DNA of 36,062 nucleotides, taken from assembly GCA_963752255.1 (NCBI GenBank), contig CAVVXT010000004.1, forward strand, positions 1-36,062, given 5' to 3'. Under the pieces are notes generated by a model. It saw nothing but the letters and a program-made list of their open reading frames with translations, had not been told where the DNA came from and searched no databases. Shown piece by piece: positions 1 to 10,445 of the stretch (the stretch's first letter is position 1; the number at the start of each line of letters is the position of its first letter). The DNA is from Nitrososphaeria archaeon (GTDB lineage Archaea > Thermoproteota > Nitrososphaeria > JACIWG01). A program made the position numbers and the translations under genes.

Positions 1-1
1 G

Positions 2-1333
2 AACCATTTGTCGGACACTCTAAAAGGTCATATCTGGAGAAATGAACACCATATCTTCTATCAGTATAATCCTCGCGGAGCTTTCGTTGGCACAAGATAC
101 TGGGGTCATGCTAAAAGCAATGATTTGGTGCACTGGGAGCATTGACCAATTGCTTTATCGCCCGGAAAAGGAATTTATGATAAGGATGGTTGTTGGAGTG
201 GATGTGCGGTCGACAATAATAACGTCCCTACTATCATATATACTGGAATCATGCCTGAAGCTAATGTATAGCGTTTGGGGATCAAGAATTAGTCTCTTGG
301 GAGAAATATCTCAACAACCCTGTTATTAAGTCACCACCACATAACTACACAGTTACAGGTTTCAGGGATCCCTGTGTGTGGAAAGAAAATGATACTTGGT
401 ATATGATCCTTGGATCAGGTATTAAGGGCATAGGAGGAGCTGTTTTACTGTATGAATCCAAGGATCTTCTTAGATGGCGGTATATGCACCCTCTTTTTAT
501 TGGAGAAAAAGAGAAGATTGGTGAAGTCTGGGAATGTCCTGACTTGTTTCCTCTCGGAAACAAGCATATACTACTCATTTCAACCCTACGAAGGAATCTC
601 TACTTTGTTGGCAATTATATTGGCCACAAGTTCTATCCAGAGAAACAGGGAATGCTGGACATGGGCAACCTGTACATGGCAGCAAGGAGTATGTTAGATT
701 CGTCTGGACGTCGAATAGTTTTTGGGTGGATACGCGAGGCACGAAGTAGCCCAATGCAAATAGCTTCAGGTTGGTCTGGCGCATTCTCGTTGCCTAGGAC
801 TATATCTATTGATAAGCGTGAAAATCTAATTATGAAACCTCTTCCTGAACTCAAAGTTCTTCGAAGCGAACCTAAGAGATATGAAAATATTCAAATCAAA
901 ACTGATAACTCAATACAATTAGAAGGTGTTAGAGGAGACTCACTAGAAATTGTAGCAGATTTTTGTCCTGTGCAAGCCGAAGAATTAGGGATTAAGATAA
1001 GATGTTCTCCAAACTTAGAAGAGCAGACTCTCATAACTTATAAACAAAAAAAGAATATGTTAGAAATAAATAATTCAAATTCAAGCTTGAGCCTCGAGGC
1101 TGATCGTGGAACTCAGGGTGGGATATCGGGACTTGGGAAGAATAAAAGATTAAAATTGCATGTTTTCTTGGACAAATCGATAGTAGAAGTGTTTGCTAAT
1201 GACCAAATTTGTCTAACAAATCGTATTTATCCTACACGGAGTGATAGTGTTAAAGTCAGTATTTTTACAAAGAAAGGTATTGCGAAGCTGTTGAGCCCTA
1301 GATTCTTGGGTAATTAAATCAATTTGGCTATAA
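2..1333 (+). pseudogene. Glycoside hydrolase family 32 (beta-fructofuranosidase / sucrose-6-phosphate hydrolase), 5'-truncated and disrupted
   Basis: Frame from nt 2 reads [35 protein letters not shown] with TGA at 143-145. After a shift near 262 it continues GFRDPCVW (RDP motif) into ORF 376-1317 (WECPDLF, GWSGAFSLPR, LDKSIVEVF). A second shift near 1297 restores a typical end LDSWVIKSIWL* (TAA 1331-1333). Confidence 0.88.
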
Positions 1334-1431
1334 TTTTGCTGTATCTTCCTCCAAGACACCTAGGAATGAATCCTTTTGAGAAGATTCAATACTTATATAT
1401 TTTCAATTATCGAGTTTAAAGATGAACCTCG

Positions 1432-2649
1432 ATGAAAATAAGTCAGGGTAACGGTGGAAACAAAATTTTTCTAATATTCTGCGCTATCGGAGCGTTCGCA
1501 ATCCTAAGCTCGACGATGTCAAAGGACCCTGTCCTTAATCTTTTCGCTCAGAGTCTTGGAACTCCTAATGCCTTAACTGGTTTTGTTGCAGCAGCTTCCA
1601 CTATACCCGGAATATTGGCGAGTTTACCTGCGGGCTCCCTTTCAGACATTCTGGGTAGAAGAAAGTTACTCCTCATTTCAAGCTTTGTGTTCGCATCAGC
1701 ACCCTTTCTCTATCTTTTGATAGGTACTTGGTGGCAACTTGTGCTTGTCCGATTCTACCATGGTTTCGCTACAGCGATCTTTGTGCCTGTAGCAAATGCT
1801 ACAATAGCAGAACTTTTTCCACAAAAAAAGGGGGAACGTATTTCAGCCTTTTCCTCAGCCACTTTAATTGGTCGAAGCATAGCGCCGTTTATCGGCGGAT
1901 ACATCTTAGTAGTCACAAACAATAACTTCAACACGCTCTACCTTGCCGTAGGAGTCGCAGGATTTACAGCTTTGATAGTCACAATACCATTCCTTTTCAG
2001 GCATGGAGTATCTTCGGATAAAAAGTATTCAAAAGATATGACTTCAATTATGTTTAAAGACTGGAAATCGATTGCAAGAAACCGTAGCGTTCAAATTGTG
2101 AGCTTTATCGAGGCAACGCAATATTATGCTTATGGCGCCATTGAGTATTTTCTTGTTGGATACTTAAACAATGTTGGAATGAACTCTTTTTCAATAGGGA
2201 TTATAACCGGCGGTTACCTTCTTATAGTTCTTATCTTTACACCTATAGTCGGTCGATTCTCAGATAGAGTTGGAAGAGGAATTCCTATCATCTATGGAAC
2301 AGTCATAGCTGGTCTTCCACTCTTAGCTATTCCATTCTTGAAAAACTTTACGCTCTTACTTTTTCTCGCCATAGTTTATGGTTTCGGGTTCTCGATGGTT
2401 ACTTCAACAATACCTGCTTTAGGTAGTGAACTTGTAGCAAAGACACAAATAGGCACCTCAATGGGTTTTATAAGTACGATAATGGATGTTGGCCAAACGT
2501 TAGGTCCTATAGTATGTGGTTTTATACTCAGTACAGGGTTAGGTTACATCGGACTTTTTGCATCATTAACTGTTCTTTTACTGCTTTCATGCATAATATT
2601 TTCACTTTCAGGAATGGCTAGATCGAAAAAAATCTCCGATAACCTGTAG
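1432..2649 (+). CDS. MFS transporter
   Basis: About 12 hydrophobic segments; MFS motif A twice (GSLSDILGRR, GRFSDRVGR). Confidence 0.93.
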   Translation: MKISQGNGGNKIFLIFCAIGAFAILSSTMSKDPVLNLFAQSLGTPNALTGFVAAASTIPGILASLPAGSLSDILGRRKLLLISSFVFASAPFLYLLIGTWWQLVLVRFYHGFATAIFVPVANATIAELFPQKKGERISAFSSATLIGRSIAPFIGGYILVVTNNNFNTLYLAVGVAGFTALIVTIPFLFRHGVSSDKKYSKDMTSIMFKDWKSIARNRSVQIVSFIEATQYYAYGAIEYFLVGYLNNVGMNSFSIGIITGGYLLIVLIFTPIVGRFSDRVGRGIPIIYGTVIAGLPLLAIPFLKNFTLLLFLAIVYGFGFSMVTSTIPALGSELVAKTQIGTSMGFISTIMDVGQTLGPIVCGFILSTGLGYIGLFASLTVLLLLSCIIFSLSGMARSKKISDNL

Positions 2650-2796
2650 ATTTTTCCAAACCTCTTCTTCAAGAAATAAATGAGAGAAAATGGTTAAACG
2701 CTTTATGTATTCGATTCATATAAAAACTGTTGAGTTCAAATATTATCAATTTTCAGGTTAAAAATTTAAGAAGCTACTCTTGTGGAGCATTTGACA

Positions 2797-3498
2797 ATGG
2801 CAATTGTGCAGGATAATGTAAATAGGCTGGTTCTTTTTGACATCGATAACACACTACTGAATGGATCGGAATGTCACAAACTGGCATTCAATGAAGGTAT
2901 TAAAGTCGCGTACGGTGTCGAAACTTCCATAGATACTATTGATTATTTAGGAATGACGGATATGGAAATTATTTACGAAGTACTCAAAATCCATGGATTT
3001 GTTGAACAGACAGTGGCGTTAAAACTGCAAGAATGCATCGACATCATGGCGGACACATTTAATAAATGCGCTTTTAATTATCAGATCAAAGTTTTAGGTG
3101 GGGTTAAGGAATTGCTGGATAAACTAATAACAAGTCGGGTAATAATAGGTCTCGTTACAGGAAACATCGAGTCTATTGCTTGGAGGAAATTACAGATTGC
3201 AGGACTTGAAAGCTATTTCAGTTTAGGAGGCTTTGGAAGCGAGGACATAAAGAGATCAAATCTGATAAGGTTAGCGATCAGAAGGGCGGCTGATAAATTT
3301 GATTTCAAGTTTAACGATAACGTCTATGTCTTTGGTGACACTCCTAGAGATATAAGAGCCGGGAAAGAGGCCCGCGTTAAAACCGTGGGAGTAGCAACGG
3401 GCCGCTTTACAAAAGATCAGCTGAAGGAAAATGGTGCAGACACTGTCTTCCCCGACCTCAGTGACACATCCAGCGTGCTAAAGGTAATTTTAGAATAG
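2797..3498 (+). CDS. HAD-superfamily hydrolase (phosphoglycolate phosphatase-like)
   Basis: Motif I LFDIDNTL, motif II LVTGN, motif IV FGDTPRDI. ATG at 2797 (alternative GTG 2782). Confidence 0.9.
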   Translation: MAIVQDNVNRLVLFDIDNTLLNGSECHKLAFNEGIKVAYGVETSIDTIDYLGMTDMEIIYEVLKIHGFVEQTVALKLQECIDIMADTFNKCAFNYQIKVLGGVKELLDKLITSRVIIGLVTGNIESIAWRKLQIAGLESYFSLGGFGSEDIKRSNLIRLAIRRAADKFDFKFNDNVYVFGDTPRDIRAGKEARVKTVGVATGRFTKDQLKENGADTVFPDLSDTSSVLKVILE

Positions 3499-3517
3499 AA
3501 AAAAACGATGATGACGT

Positions 3518-4213
3518 TTGCGACAAGATGGGTACCTTGACATCAAAGAAGAAAATATTAAGATAGAATACTATGTGAAGATTTCACACTCAAGGTACAT
3601 CTATCTAAGGTTTAAATCAGACCTAAAGCTAGAAGTTGTTGTACCCTTCTATTCTTCGAAGAATGCTGAGGCTATCGTAAAAGAGAAAAGCTCTTGGATT
3701 CGAAAGAAGTATAAGGAACTACTTCAAAGAAAGAAGATTTTTGACGGTAAAATGTTGCTGGTCGACGGTGAATATTATCCGGTCACACACAATTTCTCTG
3801 ATAAGGAAGAGATTACGTTAACGAATAATCGACTAATTGTGGAAACAAATGAACAGAATATAATACCAATAGTCAAATCTTGGATGAAGAAGAGGACAGA
3901 AGCTTACCTTAAAGCGAATCTGTCCCTTTTCGCAGAAAAACTCGAAGTGAAATTCGCATGCTTTAAAGTAAGAGACGTATGTAGGTGGGGGTATTGTAAT
4001 AAAAGACATGAACTCTTTTTCAGTCTACAGCTGTCTTCGCTATCAAACGAGCTTAAGGATTATATTCTGTTGCATGAACTTCTGCATTTGATAGAATTTA
4101 ACCATTCAAAAAAATTCCACAAGCTGATAGAAAAATACTGTCCAGATCGTAAAAGGTTGGAGATGTCTCTCAATCAGGTTACAACCATCAGAAGAGGGAA
4201 AAATTGCATATAA
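3518..4213 (+). CDS. M48/DUF45 (YgjP-like) metal-dependent hydrolase
   Basis: RWGYC and DYILLHELLHLIEFNHSKKF (HExxH zincin plus NHS..F). Confidence 0.88.
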   Translation: MRQDGYLDIKEENIKIEYYVKISHSRYIYLRFKSDLKLEVVVPFYSSKNAEAIVKEKSSWIRKKYKELLQRKKIFDGKMLLVDGEYYPVTHNFSDKEEITLTNNRLIVETNEQNIIPIVKSWMKKRTEAYLKANLSLFAEKLEVKFACFKVRDVCRWGYCNKRHELFFSLQLSSLSNELKDYILLHELLHLIEFNHSKKFHKLIEKYCPDRKRLEMSLNQVTTIRRGKNCI

Positions 4214-4243
4214 TTAAATTCGAATCAGTATTGAAGTCCTTTG

Positions 4244-4498
4244 TCATCCTTTCCTTTGCCTAAACATAATATAGCTGATGGCGATCATCAATATCATTAT
4301 CGTCAAACCAATCAATATTAATAGATCTCCATGTTCTCCTGACCCGAACACTATTGGAAACGGGCCAATAAAAATGATAATTCCAGTAGAGACGCTTCCT
4401 GATCCTCCGATGAGAAAGCTTAAAAATATTATTAAGGTTCCAATAAAAGTGAAAGTAACACCGAGAAGAATTAGGCTGGTTGGATTGAGCCTGACCAA
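4244..4498 (-). CDS. DUF131 (TIGR00304) small membrane protein, copy 2
   Basis: GIIIFIGPFPIVFG signature between hydrophobic helices; probable TTG start at 4498, just after the upstream paralogue. Confidence 0.8.
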   Translation of the reverse strand: MVRLNPTSLILLGVTFTFIGTLIIFLSFLIGGSGSVSTGIIIFIGPFPIVFGSGEHGDLLILIGLTIMILMIAISYIMFRQRKG

Positions 4499-4503
4499 AT
4501 GAT

Positions 4504-4740
4504 TCACCTCAAAAAGAAAGATAGTGAAAGCAACATCAACAATATAGCAAGGATTAGTGCGACAACAGCCCATTTTGAACTAGTTCCGAAAACTATCGGA
4601 ATAGGGCCGATGAGCACAACACCTCCTCCTTCAACTTTGGCATTTTCTTTCTTAAGTCCGCGTGTTAAGGCAAGTATCACTCCTAAGAAAACGAGTGCAA
4701 TACCGAATATAAGTAGCACAAATCCGATTTCTAACAGCAT
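4504..4740 (-). CDS. DUF131 (TIGR00304) small membrane protein, copy 1
   Basis: GGGVVLIGPIPIVFGTS signature; ATG at 4740 (ORF extends to 4767). Confidence 0.85.
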   Translation of the reverse strand: MLLEIGFVLLIFGIALVFLGVILALTRGLKKENAKVEGGGVVLIGPIPIVFGTSSKWAVVALILAILLMLLSLSFFLR

Positions 4741-4997
4741 TCCATTTTCCTCAAATATATTTAACACTTTATTAGTCTTACCATTTAATTGCTTCCATTA
4801 TTCATCTAATCGGCATTTAGTTCAAATAGCGGTATGTTCTCTCTTAATATCAAAACGGTGGCAATTTTAGCTCGACGAGAAAGTTCAAAATTTTGTAAGA
4901 AAAACTACTGCTACTATGTTAAAAGAACGTCGTCAGCAGCATGGTTTCGTAAAGTTTAATTAGTAAAATGTAAACCTAAACCTTAGGTCTAAACGTT

Positions 4998-6260
4998 TTG
5001 AAATCAAGAGAACGGGTTACACTCGCTTTAAATCACCAGAAACCAGATCGCGTACCTCTCGACCTTGGAGGCAGTGCTGTGACCGGAATGCACGCCAGCA
5101 TCGTATATGCCCTACGTCAGGCTCTAAAGCTAGATCCGCCTGACGAGCCTGTCAAGGTTATTGAACCGTACCAGATGCTTGGTGAAATAGGGCCAGACCT
5201 CCAAAGGGTGTTGGGTGTAGATGTTGTTGGCCTAAGTAGCAGATCTACGATGTTCGGCTTTAAAAATGAAGGATGGAAGCCCTGGAGGCTTTTCGACGGC
5301 ACACCGGTTTTAGTACCAGATAAATTTAATACAGAACCCGATTTAAAAGGCGATATCCTAATGTTTCCTCAGGGTGATGCAACTGCATCAGCATGTGCTA
5401 AAATGCCTAAAGGTGGCTTCTTCTTCGACGCAATTAATAGGCAGCTCCCGTTTAAATGGAACAAGATGGATGCTGCGGATAACCTAGAAGAATTTGGAGA
5501 AATATCCAAAGGGGAGCTTGAATATTATAAAAGGGAAACAGACCATCTTTACAACGATACAAACATGGCGATATTTGCAAGCTTTGGTGGTACAAGTTTC
5601 GGTGACATAGCATTGGTCCCTGGTCTAAATTTGAAGAATCCAAGAGGAATCAGAGGCGTTAAGGAATGGTACATGTGCCAGATTGTTAGACCGGATTATT
5701 TTTCAAAGATTTTCGAAAAACAGTGCGACATAGCACTAGCTAATTTGGAGAAGATTAAAAAGTCAGTAGGCAATAAAATAACCGTAATTTTTGTAACAGG
5801 AACCGACTTCGGAACTCAGGTCGGCCCCATTATGTCAGATGTAACATATCGTAAATTATTCAAACCCTACCACAAAATAGTTAACAGCTGGGTGCACGAA
5901 CACACACTTTGGAAGACTTTCATCCATTCCTGTGGATCTGTTGAACACTTTTTGAAAGATTTTATAGACGCAGGTTTTGACATACTGAACCCAGTTCAGA
6001 CGTCTGCTACTGGGATGGAGCCCAATTTACTTAAAATGAAGTACGGTGACAAAATAGTTTTTTGGGGCGGAGGCATTGACACCCAAAGAACACTACCCTT
6101 CGGTAGCGTAGAACAGGTGAAGAATGAAACTATAGAGCGGGTTAAGATCTTTGGCAGTAACGGAGGTTTTATCTTTAATACGATCCATAATGTTCAACCG
6201 AAAGTTCCAGTCCAAAATGTTTTAGCCATGTATTCGGCTTTAAAAGAATATGGATCTTAG
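4998..6260 (+). CDS. Uroporphyrinogen decarboxylase superfamily protein (MtaA/CmuA-like methyltransferase fold)
   Basis: N-terminal SRERV.LALNH..PDRVPLD; GTDFGTQ, FIHSCG, ILNPVQ, FWGGGIDTQ..LPFG, FNTIHNVQ. Confidence 0.88.
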   Translation: MKSRERVTLALNHQKPDRVPLDLGGSAVTGMHASIVYALRQALKLDPPDEPVKVIEPYQMLGEIGPDLQRVLGVDVVGLSSRSTMFGFKNEGWKPWRLFDGTPVLVPDKFNTEPDLKGDILMFPQGDATASACAKMPKGGFFFDAINRQLPFKWNKMDAADNLEEFGEISKGELEYYKRETDHLYNDTNMAIFASFGGTSFGDIALVPGLNLKNPRGIRGVKEWYMCQIVRPDYFSKIFEKQCDIALANLEKIKKSVGNKITVIFVTGTDFGTQVGPIMSDVTYRKLFKPYHKIVNSWVHEHTLWKTFIHSCGSVEHFLKDFIDAGFDILNPVQTSATGMEPNLLKMKYGDKIVFWGGGIDTQRTLPFGSVEQVKNETIERVKIFGSNGGFIFNTIHNVQPKVPVQNVLAMYSALKEYGS

Positions 6261-6625
6261 TCGGAAACCTTTTACAGAAGAACATACCCAAAAATTTCGT
6301 TCAGATATGAAAGAGGAATATGAATTTGAAAGAACGAAGCTAAACATGGAAATTAGAACTAAAAGTGAGTCGTAATGCTGAACTAGCTCGTTCTGACCTA
6401 TGATCTTGAAGTTTTTTAATCTCTTCATCGCGAGAATGTGGAGTTTTGGACTCGTCATTCCTAATAGTATCCTTACTCAATGAATGATCACAACCATAAA
6501 CTAACAATCATCGCGTCTGGGACAGTCGCACAATACCCTATAATGTGTGTCGCTGTAGAATCTTCCTTTTTCAGTGTAACGTTTGAATCAAAAGATTTTT
6601 ATTTATCGAAGGCCTTTATTAGCAC

Positions 6626-7438
6626 ATGGAGGAACTATTTGTTAACTTCGTAAGTGGAGGAGAAAAGATCGCTGGTATACTTCATGTACCGGAGAAGACG
6701 CCTGCTCCAGCGATAATATTTTGTCATGGCTTCACAGGACACAGGATAGAATCTCATCGACTCTTCGTCTATGCGGCAAGAGAGTTTTGCAGGAAAGGTT
6801 TTGTAGTGTTACGGTTCGATTTTCGAGGTTCTGGTGAGAGTGAAGGCACATTCGACTCAATGACAGTATCCCGTGAAGTGGAGGACTTAGAGAACGCGCT
6901 GGATTGGATTCACAATAGAACTGATTTCTTAAAAGAGAAGATCGGAGTTGTCGGCTTAAGTCTGGGAGGTGCAGTCTCCCTGTTAACTGCTGCAAAAGAT
7001 AAGAGGATCAAGGCTGTCTGCACCTGGAGTAGCCCAGCTGACCTCAGGCGTTTTAAGGACAATGCAAAAAACATCTTCAGAGAGGCAAATTTCGATAAGC
7101 TGATTAAGGAAGACTACATCGACTTACTTGCAGGCGATCGTATTGGAAGGGGTTTCCTTCTTGATGCAATGAGAAAGGATGTTCTAAAGGCCGTTGCGAG
7201 AATATCGCCTAGGCCGCTCTTGATAGTGCATGGCACTAGAGATCAGTCGGTTCCATTTTCTCATGCAGAGAAGCTGTTTAATGCGGCAGGTGAGCCGAAG
7301 GAAACATTCTTTGTCGATGGCGCAGATCACACATACAACAAGTGGGAATGGCAATGGCAGGTGATCGACTACACGGTGGGCTTCTTCGAGAGAAATTTTA
7401 AGGATAGGAAAATTAAAGCTAGAAAAAAACTTTCATAG
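6626..7438 (+). CDS. Alpha/beta hydrolase (serine aminopeptidase S33 / S9-like)
   Basis: CHGFTG, RFDFRGSGES, nucleophile elbow GLSLGG, HGTRD (Asp) and GADH (His). Confidence 0.92.
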   Translation: MEELFVNFVSGGEKIAGILHVPEKTPAPAIIFCHGFTGHRIESHRLFVYAAREFCRKGFVVLRFDFRGSGESEGTFDSMTVSREVEDLENALDWIHNRTDFLKEKIGVVGLSLGGAVSLLTAAKDKRIKAVCTWSSPADLRRFKDNAKNIFREANFDKLIKEDYIDLLAGDRIGRGFLLDAMRKDVLKAVARISPRPLLIVHGTRDQSVPFSHAEKLFNAAGEPKETFFVDGADHTYNKWEWQWQVIDYTVGFFERNFKDRKIKARKKLS

Positions 7439-7695
7439 TTGTTATATAGCTCTCAAATAAATATAGACCAAACCAAAGATAAGCTCTTACTTCAGTCATT
7501 TGTAGTAACTTCTTAGAACGAAAATCAAAGAACTACTAACCCAGTGGATTGACTTAATAGAAGGCTTTCTTTAAGCTCTAACAATTATTAAAATCGAATT
7601 ATTTCATACCGGGTTAAAACCAGTCGCTCTTGTTATACCAACTTTTATCAAAAAGACAAAACTTTTATCCTATCGTTTAGACCCTAACTATTCGA

Positions 7696-8613
7696 TTGCC
7701 TGAAAAAACTGATAAAATCTGGTTGGACGGTAAGTTTGTCGACTGGGAAGAAGCAAAGGTCCACGTTTTGGTCAATGGCCTACACTATGGTACAGGAGTA
7801 TTCGAAGGTATCAGGTGTTATAAGACAGAAAAAGGCTATGCCATCTTCAGGCTTAAAGAACACATTAACCGGTTTTACAATTCAGCAAAGATATATTTTA
7901 TGACCTTACCATTTTCAAAAGAAACCCTTGTTAACACAATAAAAGAACTAATTAGGTTAAATGGGTTAAATGAATATTACATCAGGCCCATCGCCTTCAG
8001 AGGTTTTGGTCCAGGAACCTTGGATAGCCGTCAACATCCAGTGCAGGTTGCCATCGCCGTTTGGCCTTTAGGAGCCTACCTAGGTGAAGCAAAAGAAAAG
8101 GGTGCTAGGTGCACATTTTCTTCTTGGGTTCGAATTCAAAATTCGATGCTTCCAATGATGGCTAAGGCGACCGGTCAATATATCAACTCAGTTTTAGCTT
8201 CGACTGAAGCCCATATGAAAGGTTTTGATGAAGCAATAATGCTGGATTCAAGGGGATTTGTATCAGAAGGGCCTGGAGAAAACCTGTTCCTGGTTAAGGA
8301 TGGCGTAATATTCACTCCATCGAGTGCATCATCCATCCTTTTGGGTATTACTCGCGATACGATCATAAAGCTTGCCCAGGATTTGAATTACAAAGTTGTC
8401 GAAAAAGACGTTTTAAAGGGGGAGGTTTTCTTGGCAGATGAACTATTCTTTACCGGCACCGCCGCTGAAGTTACTCCAATAGTGGAAGTTGATCATCGAT
8501 CGATAGGCGACGGAAAAGTTGGCCCTGTCTCCAAGACTTTAAGAAAGAAATTCTTTGAAACAATACGAAGTGCTGACGTCAAATATAAGGAGTGGCTTGA
8601 ATTTATCGAATAA
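7696..8613 (+). CDS. ilvE: Branched-chain amino acid aminotransferase
   Basis: LHYGTGVFEGIRCY, AKATGQY (PLP lysine), SEGPGENLF, LLGITRDT, FFTGTAAEVTP. Confidence 0.96.
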   Translation: MPEKTDKIWLDGKFVDWEEAKVHVLVNGLHYGTGVFEGIRCYKTEKGYAIFRLKEHINRFYNSAKIYFMTLPFSKETLVNTIKELIRLNGLNEYYIRPIAFRGFGPGTLDSRQHPVQVAIAVWPLGAYLGEAKEKGARCTFSSWVRIQNSMLPMMAKATGQYINSVLASTEAHMKGFDEAIMLDSRGFVSEGPGENLFLVKDGVIFTPSSASSILLGITRDTIIKLAQDLNYKVVEKDVLKGEVFLADELFFTGTAAEVTPIVEVDHRSIGDGKVGPVSKTLRKKFFETIRSADVKYKEWLEFIE

Positions 8614-8797
8614 CTCACAAAGATCAAATCAGTATTAATCGCACAGTATTTTGGAATTCTCTTATATTATCCAATGTAAACCTAACAATCTTTAACATAT
8701 AAATAGAATAGGAAGATTTATTAGAATAATTTATAAACCCTCTCTTCTATGAAACCACAAGAGATATTTTGCGTGGGTAACAAAAGAAAGACTTAGA

Positions 8798-10372
8798 ATG
8801 TCCTCCTCTGAATTTAAATCATTATGTAAAGGAAAAAGTGTTGTAATCTATGACACAACATTGAGAGATGGCGCACAGGCAACAGGTGTGGCATTCTCTC
8901 TCGAAGACAAACTAAAGATAACAAAAAGGTTAGATGGCTTTGTGGATTTCATTGAAGGCGGTTGGCCGAGTTCAAATCCCAAAGACTTGGAATATTTTAA
9001 GGCGGCTCGAAAGCTTAAACTCAGTTCCAGAATATCTGCTTTTGGAAGCACGATGAGGGTTGGTCTGGACCCTGAAGATGACGTAAACCTGTCGAACCTA
9101 TTGCAGGCCGCCGATGTAGTCGCAATATTCGGAAAATCCTGGGGACTACACATTAGAAAAGTTCTGAGAACAACACCGTCAGAAAATCTGAGGTTGATTA
9201 AGGAATCTGTGAACTTCATAAAAAAGAATGGCGCAACAACAATTTACGATGCTGAACATTTCTTTGACGGCTATATTGATGACAGAGAATACGCTCTAAA
9301 AACACTCGATGCCGCTGGATCAGCAGACGTAATAGTGCTCTGCGACACTAACGGAGGAAGAACACCTTCAGAAATCTATAGAATAGTACAGGATGTCAGA
9401 AACAAAGTCAATAAACCTCTGGGTATACACGCCCACAACGACGCAGGATGCGCTGTAGCCAACACTCTTATGGCTGTAGAAGCGGGAGCGGAGCATGTCC
9501 AAGCAACCGTTAATGGCCTAGGTGAAAGAGCTGGAAACGCAGACCTAACATCTGTTTTGCCGGCTCTTAAATTTAAGATGGGTTTAACAGTAAAAGATCT
9601 GAGAGGTTTAACCCGTTTATCAAGCTTTGTATATGAGATCGCTAATATTCAAAATGATCCCTATCAGCCGTATGTAGGTAAATACGTCTTTTCACATAAA
9701 GGTGGAATACACGTAGACGCTATGCTAAAGAGTGATCAAAGTTATGAGCACTTGAATCCAGGTCTTGTAGGAAATAGCAGGATCGTTTCCGTTTCCGAAC
9801 AGTCAGGCAAGGCCAGCATTGTCGCAAAAGCTGCCGAGTTTGGATTAAAACTTCACAAATCTGACCCTAAGGTAGAAGAAATACTGCAGAGCGTAAAGGA
9901 GTTTGAGAAAGACGGTTACAAATTCGAAAACGCTGAAGCCTCCCTTTACCTTCTTATGTTAAGGAAGCTTGGTCCGAAAAAGAATCTATTCGACGTCACC
10001 TCTTGGACAGCTATAGTATATAGCGATGAAGCTAAAGTCGTAGCTGATAGTACCGTAACAATAAAGGTCGGGAAAAAAATCATTCACACCGCGTCACAAG
10101 GGAATGGCCCTGTGCATTCATTGGATCTCGCTTTGAGGAAAGCTTTGAAGGAAGTATACCCACAGGCTGAAAAGATGAAACTTGTAGGATACCGAGTTAA
10201 GGAAATCGATTCTGACAAGGGGACGGCCGCCAAAGTCAGGGTGCTCATCGATTTTTCTAATAGTCACAGAAGTTGGAGCACCGTGGGGGTTTCAGAAAAT
10301 ATTCTAGAGGCTTCGAAAATAGCGTTGATTGACGGATACAGGTATTTCCTAGTTATAGAGCAAGAAGATTAG
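8798..10372 (+). CDS. cimA: Citramalate synthase (bacterial-type CimA clade, DRE-TIM family with regulatory domain)
   Basis: YDTTLRDGAQ, IEGGWPSSNPKD, IFGKSW, YDAEHFFDG, LCDTNGG, HAHND, HKGGIH, FENAEAS, GNGPVHSLD. Confidence 0.9.
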   Translation: MSSSEFKSLCKGKSVVIYDTTLRDGAQATGVAFSLEDKLKITKRLDGFVDFIEGGWPSSNPKDLEYFKAARKLKLSSRISAFGSTMRVGLDPEDDVNLSNLLQAADVVAIFGKSWGLHIRKVLRTTPSENLRLIKESVNFIKKNGATTIYDAEHFFDGYIDDREYALKTLDAAGSADVIVLCDTNGGRTPSEIYRIVQDVRNKVNKPLGIHAHNDAGCAVANTLMAVEAGAEHVQATVNGLGERAGNADLTSVLPALKFKMGLTVKDLRGLTRLSSFVYEIANIQNDPYQPYVGKYVFSHKGGIHVDAMLKSDQSYEHLNPGLVGNSRIVSVSEQSGKASIVAKAAEFGLKLHKSDPKVEEILQSVKEFEKDGYKFENAEASLYLLMLRKLGPKKNLFDVTSWTAIVYSDEAKVVADSTVTIKVGKKIIHTASQGNGPVHSLDLALRKALKEVYPQAEKMKLVGYRVKEIDSDKGTAAKVRVLIDFSNSHRSWSTVGVSENILEASKIALIDGYRYFLVIEQED

Positions 10373-10393
10373 CCAGAGTTAAACGTAGTATAT

Positions 10394-10427
10394 AGGGTGC
10401 AAATAAGTAGAAGATTAGGTGCACCCT
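10394..10427. terminator. Inverted repeat between convergent cimA and ilvD, possible bidirectional terminator
   Basis: AGGGTGCA (10394-10401) and TGCACCCT (10420-10427) form a perfect 8-bp stem in the 73-bp gap. Confidence 0.35.
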
Positions 10428-10445
10428 CTACACTGAATTACCCGA

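Noticed and set aside
143-145. In-frame TGA in GH32 as selenocysteine
   Set aside because: The position corresponds to a non-catalytic residue (usually Leu in HLP), and the gene has additional indels near the window edge.
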